Below are positions 57,223 to 64,000 of a stretch of DNA of 64,000 bases, one piece after another. Source of the DNA: an uncultured Gemmiger sp. (lineage in GTDB: Bacteria; Bacillota; Clostridia; Oscillospirales; Ruminococcaceae). The number at the start of each line of letters is the position of its first letter. Within the stretch, counting starts at the first letter, position 1. The notes beneath the pieces were generated by a model. It worked only from the letters and a program-made list of their open reading frames with translations. It ran no database searches and was not told the DNA's origin. Location: NCBI RefSeq assembly GCF_944388105.1, contig NZ_CALXHN010000002.1. One strand, given 5' to 3'. Made by a program: the position numbers and the translations under genes.

Positions 57223-59301
57223 ATGCTGCAAGTGCCGCGCCTGGACGGCGACGATTACGAATCCATCTTTGAGCGTGCCAAGGCCCGCATCCCCACTCTC
57301 ACCGAAGAATGGACCAACTTCAACGCGGCGGACCCCGGCATCACCACCCTGGAGACCTTTGCCTGGTTGTTTGATACCCTGCATTATTACATGAATGCTT
57401 CGGGGGAGGTGCACCGGCTCAAATATTTCAAACTGCTGGGCATCCGCCCTGTCCGCCGGGAAGCGGAATGTGTGCTGGCACTGGAAGGCCCCGGCCCCCT
57501 GGATCTGCCCAAAGGCACCCGGGTGTACGCGGGGGATATCTCCTTTGAAACCGTGGAATCCCTGCGGGGACAGGCCAACCGCCTGACGGCCCTTTACCTG
57601 GAAGAGCAGGGCCGGCGGGTGGATCTGTTCCCCCGGGCCGGTGTGGACGGCGGATTTGCCCCGCTGTTCAGCCCTGCCAGTCCGGCGGGGACCTGTCTGT
57701 ATCTGGGGTTTGCACAGCCGCTGTCCGGCAGGGTGCGGCTGTACCTGGAACTGGCCCCCCAGCCCCGTACCCCCTTTGAACAGGATTTCCGGCTGGCGGA
57801 ACTGGCGTGGGAGGCCTTTGACGGCCGCGCATGGCAGGCCGTGCAGCCGGAAGGGGACGAGACCTGCGGCTTTCTGCGCAGCGGTTTTCTGACCCTGACC
57901 CTGCCGGAGCCTGCCGGCACTGCCGAAGGCTGCTGCCTGCGCTGCCGGCTTGTGAAAAATCAGTATGACCTGACCCCGCGTCTGGGGCGGGTCCTGCCCG
58001 CCTGTGTGCGGGCTGTGCAGACCAGGACCTGGGCCCGCACGGAGATGTTCGTCAGTGACGGGTCTGACGTTCTGGAACCCGACTTCCAGGTGCGCCGGGA
58101 TACGCTGATTTCGGTCTATGTCCGGCGGGAAGGGGAGGACGCCTATACCCAGTGGGCGGGGATACATGCCGGGGCGGATGCCCTGGCCCGGGTGGAACTG
58201 CCTGCGGTCAGCGGACGGCCGCGCATCCGGTTTGAAACTGCGCCCCGGGCGGGGGACCGCATCCTGGTCACCGCCCTGTCCCCCCAGGCGGCGGAGATGG
58301 CGTACCTGGGCCGCACCGACGGCTGTTCCGGCCTGCGGCTGGATATCAACGCGGAGAACATCAGCGCATTGACCCTGGCGCTGGTCCGCCCCGGCCCGGA
58401 CGGAAGGCCGGTCTGCCGGCTGTGGCATGCCTGTGATGACCTGATGGAAGCCGGCTGGGACGACTGCGTTTTCTGGCTGGATGAGCAGCAGCGGCAGGTG
58501 GTTTTCGGGGACAGCCGCCGGGGCCGCCAGCCGGAAGCCGGCTGGGATGTGTGGGCCGTGGAACTCTGTACCTCCCGGTTTGAGGGCGGCAACGTGGTGG
58601 CGGGCAGCGTCACCCAGCCCCAGGACCCCATGACCGGCGTGGAGCGGGTGTACAACCCGGCCCCCGCGGCGGGAGGCTGCTGCCGCAAGACCGCCGCCCA
58701 GCTCCAGACCGAACTGGATGAAAAGATGACCCGCCCCACCCGCGCCGTCACGGCGGAGGATTACCGGGCCATTGCCATGGCCACACCCGGCCTGATGCTG
58801 GACAGCGTGGCGGTCATCCCCATGGCCGCATACAGCCGCACCTATGGCCTGCCCGACGCCATCAACACGGTGGTGGTGGCGGTGAAACCCCGCTGGGAAC
58901 AGCGCCTGCCGGTACTCAGCGAGGTCTACCGCAGGGCGGTGGAAGCCCAGCTGGAACGCTGCCGCATCCTGACCACCGATGTCCGGGTGGTACCCGCCCA
59001 GTACATCGGCGTCAGCGTATACGGCCGGCTCTGGCTGCGCCCCGGGGAGACCGGAGGCCGCGCCCGGGTGGAAGCGGTCATTCGGGCGGCGGTGGAGACC
59101 CTGCATACGGGAGAATACGGCCGCGGGGTGGACTGCGGACGGCTGTTCTCGGCCCTGGAACTGGAACCCTGCGTACAGCGGGTGGAACGCCTCTCTCTGG
59201 AATATATCGGACGGGGCGGCGGCAAGAACGAACACGGGGACATCACCGCCGGACCGGATTGCCTGACCTATCTGCTGGAGACCGGCATCGAATACATGTA
59301 A
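57223..59301 (+). CDS. Second baseplate J-like protein (Afp11/12 class)
   Basis: LDGDDY..I...A.ARIP....EWTNFNAADPGITTLETFAW, FGDSRRG, RAVTAEDY. Confidence 0.9.
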   Translation: MLQVPRLDGDDYESIFERAKARIPTLTEEWTNFNAADPGITTLETFAWLFDTLHYYMNASGEVHRLKYFKLLGIRPVRREAECVLALEGPGPLDLPKGTRVYAGDISFETVESLRGQANRLTALYLEEQGRRVDLFPRAGVDGGFAPLFSPASPAGTCLYLGFAQPLSGRVRLYLELAPQPRTPFEQDFRLAELAWEAFDGRAWQAVQPEGDETCGFLRSGFLTLTLPEPAGTAEGCCLRCRLVKNQYDLTPRLGRVLPACVRAVQTRTWARTEMFVSDGSDVLEPDFQVRRDTLISVYVRREGEDAYTQWAGIHAGADALARVELPAVSGRPRIRFETAPRAGDRILVTALSPQAAEMAYLGRTDGCSGLRLDINAENISALTLALVRPGPDGRPVCRLWHACDDLMEAGWDDCVFWLDEQQRQVVFGDSRRGRQPEAGWDVWAVELCTSRFEGGNVVAGSVTQPQDPMTGVERVYNPAPAAGGCCRKTAAQLQTELDEKMTRPTRAVTAEDYRAIAMATPGLMLDSVAVIPMAAYSRTYGLPDAINTVVVAVKPRWEQRLPVLSEVYRRAVEAQLERCRILTTDVRVVPAQYIGVSVYGRLWLRPGETGGRARVEAVIRAAVETLHTGEYGRGVDCGRLFSALELEPCVQRVERLSLEYIGRGGGKNEHGDITAGPDCLTYLLETGIEYM

Positions 59302-59316
59302 AAGGGGGCGTGCCGC

Positions 59317-60417
59317 GTGAAGCAGCCGCTGAAACAAGTCAACTTCTATAAGCGCGCGCTGATGGCGGGCTGTTTCCACGGCTTTACGCCGGATGCGGAA
59401 CTGTGCCTGCATCTGCAGGACGCCGGGGGCGGCGCCTGGTTCGCCGCCTTTGACACCGCCGATGCGGACAGTACCTACAACCGTCTGGTGGTGGAAGGCG
59501 ACTTCGGGGGCAGCAAGCTGGAGATCCTGGTGGCGGTCAGCCCCACGGACACCGAGCCCACGGGGGAAAGTCTGGCGGCCTTTCTGGCGTCGGCAGCCTC
59601 CCCGGCGGAAAAGCTGGCCCGCCTCACCGCCCTGCGGCATCTGCGGGCGGTGGACCGGCAGGACATCCTGCTGCACAGCCTGCAGGGGCGGTGGGTGTAC
59701 CTTGGCATCTGCGCTTTGCCCCAGGACAGCGCCGACTGTGTGCTGCGGGGACTGCGGCTGGAATTCCCCCGGTACAGCTTCACCCAGTACTTCCCCGAGA
59801 TCTATCAGCAGGACGACTTTTTCCGCCGTTATATCGCGGTGTTTCAGTCGCTGTACCTGGACCTGGAAAGCCGGGTGGATGAGGTGCCCCGTCTGTTGGA
59901 TTATGAGAGCGCCGCTGACGATCAGGTGGAGACCCTGGCCGGGTGGCTGGGCATCGACACCGCCGGCGGGCTGTTCGGGCCGGACCAGCTGCGCAGCCTG
60001 ATCCGGGACAGCCAGCTCTACCAGGGCGGCAAGGGGACCCGGGCCGCCCTGGAAAAGGTGGTGGAGCTGGTCTGCGGCATCCGCCCGCAGATCGTGGAGT
60101 ATTTCCAGTGGAGCCGCCTGCCTATGCCTGCCGCCCGCCGCCGGCTGTATGAGACCCTGTACGGCGGGGACGGCAACACCTTCTGCGTCATTCTGAACAT
60201 GACGGCCCATCCCGGTCCCCTGCCGGTCAGCGAGGCCCAGCTGGACCGGCTGGTGGAAGCATACAGCATGCTGGGAACGAAACACCGTCTGGTGTTTCTG
60301 CGCCGGTGCAGCTACACCGACACCCACTGCTACCTGGACGTGAACAGCTGCCTGTCCACGCCCGAAATGGCGGCGGTGGACGGCGTGACCCTGGGCGGAT
60401 ACTTTACCATCGGATGA
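59317..60417 (+). CDS. P2 gpI-like baseplate/tail protein with N-terminal extension
   Basis: YFPEIYQ, LAGWLG, KGTRAALEKVV..VCG..P.IVEYF. Confidence 0.82.
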   Translation: MKQPLKQVNFYKRALMAGCFHGFTPDAELCLHLQDAGGGAWFAAFDTADADSTYNRLVVEGDFGGSKLEILVAVSPTDTEPTGESLAAFLASAASPAEKLARLTALRHLRAVDRQDILLHSLQGRWVYLGICALPQDSADCVLRGLRLEFPRYSFTQYFPEIYQQDDFFRRYIAVFQSLYLDLESRVDEVPRLLDYESAADDQVETLAGWLGIDTAGGLFGPDQLRSLIRDSQLYQGGKGTRAALEKVVELVCGIRPQIVEYFQWSRLPMPAARRRLYETLYGGDGNTFCVILNMTAHPGPLPVSEAQLDRLVEAYSMLGTKHRLVFLRRCSYTDTHCYLDVNSCLSTPEMAAVDGVTLGGYFTIG

Positions 60418-60457
60418 TCGGCGCTGCCGGACCCGTACCGAAAAGGAGGAGAACCCT

Positions 60458-63001
60458 ATGCCGGAATATACCAGACGAAAACAGTCGCAGTCGGAACAGC
60501 TGGAGGATCTGCTCAGGTCCCGCATCGCCGATGCCCGGGGCCCCGTGACCGAAAAAAGCCTGCCGGAGGATGTGCGCTCGGACTTTGAATCCCGCAGCGG
60601 GTACTCCGCCCGGAATGTGCGGGTGGTGGAATCCGATCTGCCCCAGGCAACCTATGCCAACGCGGTCACCCAGGGCAGCACCATCCATTTCCCCCGGGGC
60701 GGCTATCACCCCGCTGATGCGGAAGGCCGCCGGGTGCTCATGCACGAACTGAGCCATACGGTGCAGCAGGCCAGGGGAGAGGTGCGCCCCAACTTCGCGG
60801 GCCAGATCAACGAAACGCCGGCCCTGGAACAGGCGGCGGACCGGGGATTCAGTGCTCCGGAGTCCGACGCTGCCCCCGGCGTCGCACCGGCCCCCATGCC
60901 CTCCGCACCCGCCGGTGCCCCCATGCAGCGGGACGGCACCACTTTGGAGCGCATTGCCAAGGAGCACGGCATGACAAAGGAAGAAGTGCTGAAGAACGTG
61001 AGGTGGTGGACCGGACACAAACTCAAAAAGCAGGATAAAAAAGAAGAAAGAGAGCGCCAGAAGAAACTCTTTGCGGATACGATAGCGGCCATGGAAGCCA
61101 AGCTCACCAGGCCCAAGTCGCCGTACGAGATCCATCTGGAAAATCAGATCAAGGCCCTGCCCGATCCGGAGGAAAAAGGTATCGGCATACGGGAGCGGCA
61201 CAGACGCAAGAAGGCCAAGGAACAACTGGAAAAGCAGCTGGAGGAACACAAGCAGACCAACGATCGGATGATGGAAGACATGCTCCTGCAGCAGCTGGGC
61301 GGTGTCGGCGACCACGACGAAAAGGAACTGCGGGCCGCCATCCACAAGGCGCGGCGCCATAACCAGAAAGAAGCGCTGCAACAGTCTTTTGCAAAATCCA
61401 AGACGGCCCGCCGTCTGACCGCAGAGGATAACCAGGGCGAATACGATGCACCAACAAGAACATTTGTGGACAATGGCGGGGGCCACACCCAGGTCATCAA
61501 GGCCGACCCTGCGGCCGGACAAGCCGCCGGTCAAGACTCTCTCAGCCGTTATGAACAGCTGGGCCAGCGCAGCGAAGGACTGAACAAGGCGGCCAGCTAT
61601 ACGGACAAGGGAGCCACCGTGGCGGATGTGGCGCTGGGCTCCGGAGAAAAGGTGCGGGAAGCCCATCAGGCGGTGGGAATTGACGGCGGCAAGGCCTATG
61701 AGCAGTTCTCCGGCAGCACGGCGGCCGCCCATGCCTCCGGTCTGACCAGCATGGCCGGCGTGGTGAGCAGCGGGCTGGATGCAGCGGAATCCGTTGTGCA
61801 GGCCCGACAGAGTGCCCTTGCCGGGGACCGGGAAGGACAGGTTCACCACACCCTGGACTCTATGGCCAAGGGAAGCGGTGCTTTGCAGAGTTTTTACTCC
61901 GCATTCGGGGAGGACGGCCTGGGCGGGGCGGCCAATATGGTCATCCCGGCGGAAGCTGCCACGGGCGCGGCGGTCGTCCAGAATGTCCTTACTGCGGTGC
62001 GGGCCGGTTCGGATCTGCATGCGGCCCACAATCGGAAAAAGAAATTTGACGCCATCAGAAATCAAGAGGGCGTGAGTTATGACTCTGAGGACCCGGAACA
62101 GGTCGAAGCTTACGAGGCGGCTAATCTGGGACGATATAACGCCAAAAAGAACGAAGCCACCGCCGCGGTGGAGCTGGCGGGTGCCGTGATGGGAACGGCG
62201 GGCAACGTGGCAGCCGTGGTCCCGGGGGCACAGCCGGTGGGGTTGGCCCTGTCCACTGTCAGCAAAGGCACAGCAGTGGCCAAGGCTGCTACCGACAAGG
62301 GCATGCAGCACTATGCCCGGAAAAAGGTTGTGGGCGATCTGATGGCGTCAGAAGATGTACAGCGGGCCGAACAGCAGGTGAATACCTCCACTCTGGATGA
62401 AAAGGACAAGGTCAAGGCCATGGCCCGGGCCAGCCATGCGAAGGATGAAAAGCAGCTGTATAACCGTATGGTCGCCCACCAGGCCGTCCGCCTGCATCAG
62501 AATATGGGGGATGGCCAGCTCTCGGGCTATGATGACCAGGTCCTGCAGGCGGCCGGCTTCGACCCTGAGAAGTACGGAGACGTGCCGCTGGAGCTGCTCA
62601 ACAAGCGGCTGGGCGGTGTGGTGTCGGCCCAGCAGGGACTCGTCAACCGGGAAGAGCAAAAGGCGGCGAAACAGGAAGCCAAAGAAGCCGAGATCCGGGC
62701 TGCAACGATCAAAGCCGCAGAGGTAAGTGCCAGAAACCGGGGGAACGGGGAGACCTACAACCGGTATATGGCCAATACCCTCCAGACCCTGCGGGAAGGC
62801 GATGTACAGCTTCCCAGGCAGGAACAGCCCCGGCAGCCGGTGGTCCGGCCTTTGCCCAAGGAGAAAGCCGAGCGCAAGGCGGCAGAGGAAAAACGCCACC
62901 AGGAGCAGATGGCCTACATGCAGAAATACGGTATCGCCAAACGGCTGCCGCCGAGTAAGAAAAAGAACACTGCCCCCACCGCGACTCCCATCTTCGCATA
63001 A
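60458..63001 (+). CDS. DUF4157 (eCIS core domain) protein with ~690-aa C-terminal candidate effector region
   Basis: LPEDVRSDFE..SG....VRV, ANAVTQGSTIHF, VLMHELSHTVQQ (HExxH), PMQR linker, then charged helical and Gly/Ala-rich hydrophobic segments. Confidence 0.82.
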   Translation: MPEYTRRKQSQSEQLEDLLRSRIADARGPVTEKSLPEDVRSDFESRSGYSARNVRVVESDLPQATYANAVTQGSTIHFPRGGYHPADAEGRRVLMHELSHTVQQARGEVRPNFAGQINETPALEQAADRGFSAPESDAAPGVAPAPMPSAPAGAPMQRDGTTLERIAKEHGMTKEEVLKNVRWWTGHKLKKQDKKEERERQKKLFADTIAAMEAKLTRPKSPYEIHLENQIKALPDPEEKGIGIRERHRRKKAKEQLEKQLEEHKQTNDRMMEDMLLQQLGGVGDHDEKELRAAIHKARRHNQKEALQQSFAKSKTARRLTAEDNQGEYDAPTRTFVDNGGGHTQVIKADPAAGQAAGQDSLSRYEQLGQRSEGLNKAASYTDKGATVADVALGSGEKVREAHQAVGIDGGKAYEQFSGSTAAAHASGLTSMAGVVSSGLDAAESVVQARQSALAGDREGQVHHTLDSMAKGSGALQSFYSAFGEDGLGGAANMVIPAEAATGAAVVQNVLTAVRAGSDLHAAHNRKKKFDAIRNQEGVSYDSEDPEQVEAYEAANLGRYNAKKNEATAAVELAGAVMGTAGNVAAVVPGAQPVGLALSTVSKGTAVAKAATDKGMQHYARKKVVGDLMASEDVQRAEQQVNTSTLDEKDKVKAMARASHAKDEKQLYNRMVAHQAVRLHQNMGDGQLSGYDDQVLQAAGFDPEKYGDVPLELLNKRLGGVVSAQQGLVNREEQKAAKQEAKEAEIRAATIKAAEVSARNRGNGETYNRYMANTLQTLREGDVQLPRQEQPRQPVVRPLPKEKAERKAAEEKRHQEQMAYMQKYGIAKRLPPSKKKNTAPTATPIFA

Positions 63002-63032
63002 CAGGACGGACAAAAGGAGATTTGCGTGACCC

Positions 63033-64000
63033 ATGAATCCGATAGAATATATAGCAGCCCGGGCGCTGGATACCTGGGACCCGCCTGAAAGCAGCGACCC
63101 CCTGTACCCGCTGTGGCAGGAATACGCTGACCTGGAGGAGGAAGACCACAAAGCCATGCAAAACAGTCTGCCCCTGCAGCGGTTTGCACTGCTGGCACGG
63201 GAGTACTGTGCCGGACCGGGGCAGGAAGCTGCCGCTCTGGGCCTGGGTCTGGCGGTGGCCTGCGCCCTGCACCCGGGCACCGAAGCACGCCTGATCCCGG
63301 AAGGGCAACCCCTGTGTTTTGCCCGGGTGTGGCAGGCAGCTTACGGATGCAGTGTGTGGGAAACCCCGGACACAGCCCGGGAAACGCTGGCCCAGCTGCG
63401 CCTGTTCCTGCTCTCGGAAGAGCCGGACAGCTTTCTGGCGCCTTTGCAGGCGGACGAACGCCTGCTGGGCTACCTGGGCGGCGGGGATGAGATCGACCCT
63501 CTGCTGAAAGAGGTGGCCGCCTATGCGCGGACCGGACCGGGGGAGGACCTTCTGATCCGCACCGAGCTGGCGGATACCCTCACCCGGGACCTGGCGGATG
63601 CCCGCCAGACCGGGGACCTGCTGCATCTGAGCGGGGCGGAGGGGATCGGCAAATTCTTTGCCCTGTCCCATGCCGCTGCCCGCAACGGGGTGGAGCTGCT
63701 GGCGGTGGATTGCCGCATGCTGGCGGCCAACCCGCTGCCCACCATCTGGAAGATGGTGGACAGCATCCGGCGGGAAGCCCTCTTCTATGGCGCCTGCATC
63801 TGCCTGCGCCATGCGGACTGCTTTGTGCAGCGTGCCCAGCCGGAACAGGCGGAACCGGAAGCCTGGGAAAAACGGTTTTACCATCTGTGTGCGGCGCCGC
63901 TGCTGGAAAAAGGGGCCGCCGTCTGCATCTGCACCGACGGTCCGGCCAGCTTCCTGCCCTGGGCGGGGCGGCCGGTGCGGCAGCTGGAATTTCCCGACTG
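63033..64000 (+). CDS. Second Afp15-like AAA ATPase, N-terminal part (runs off right edge)
   Basis: Manual translation MNPIEYIAAR..; LQADERLLGYL and LHLSGAEGIGK match the layout of the first ATPase's N-terminal half; RBS AAGGAG; no stop in window; catalytic second AAA domain not visible. Confidence 0.7.
   Translation, partial: MNPIEYIAARALDTWDPPESSDPLYPLWQEYADLEEEDHKAMQNSLPLQRFALLAREYCAGPGQEAAALGLGLAVACALHPGTEARLIPEGQPLCFARVWQAAYGCSVWETPDTARETLAQLRLFLLSEEPDSFLAPLQADERLLGYLGGGDEIDPLLKEVAAYARTGPGEDLLIRTELADTLTRDLADARQTGDLLHLSGAEGIGKFFALSHAAARNGVELLAVDCRMLAANPLPTIWKMVDSIRREALFYGACICLRHADCFVQRAQPEQAEPEAWEKRFYHLCAAPLLEKGAAVCICTDGPASFLPWAGRPVRQLEFPD

Noticed and set aside
44933-60417. Prophage or tailocin interpretation
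   Set aside because: No capsid, portal, terminase, integrase, holin or endolysin in view; DUF4255, Afp15-like ATPase and DUF4157 are CIS hallmarks; genes beyond 64 kb are unseen

Overview
High-GC Firmicute chromosome segment; gene content and style suggest a gut Oscillospiraceae/Ruminococcaceae member such as Subdoligranulum or Gemmiger (inference). Left part (1-24 kb) is metabolism: partial EFR1-type flavodoxin/ferredoxin, Gfo/Idh/MocA oxidoreductase, HD protein, an N-glycan-core utilisation operon (ABC permeases + SBP, GH2 beta-mannosidase, GH20, GntR-LacI regulator, GH125), YoaK, a two-SBP/two-component sensor upstream of a mannose-family PTS, a HAD phosphatase and two LuxR-type regulators. 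From 25.8 kb to past the right edge runs one co-oriented >38 kb contractile injection system (CIS/eCIS; Afp/PVC-like) operon: AAA ATPase, Pvc16/DUF4255, PAAR-like DUF4280, sheath, two tubes, tail chaperone, LysM tube initiator, split gp27/gp5 spike, gp25, two baseplate-J proteins, a gpI-like protein, a DUF4157 cargo and a second AAA ATPase. No capsid, terminase, integrase or lysis genes are visible. Main oddities: (i) a ~15 kb block of envelope proteins inside the CIS operon (2445-aa GLUG/Fn3-associated surface protein, fibre-like/Ig protein, single-pass membrane protein, 4-TM HAMP receptor with a degenerate class III cyclase, membrane-anchored MORN protein), suggesting a membrane-tethered, signal-coupled CIS in a monoderm; (ii) a lambda G/GT-like -1 frameshift (A AAT TTT) joining the tail chaperone to a start-less DUF6760-like ORF. 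All family assignments come from motif recognition by eye; no searches were run.
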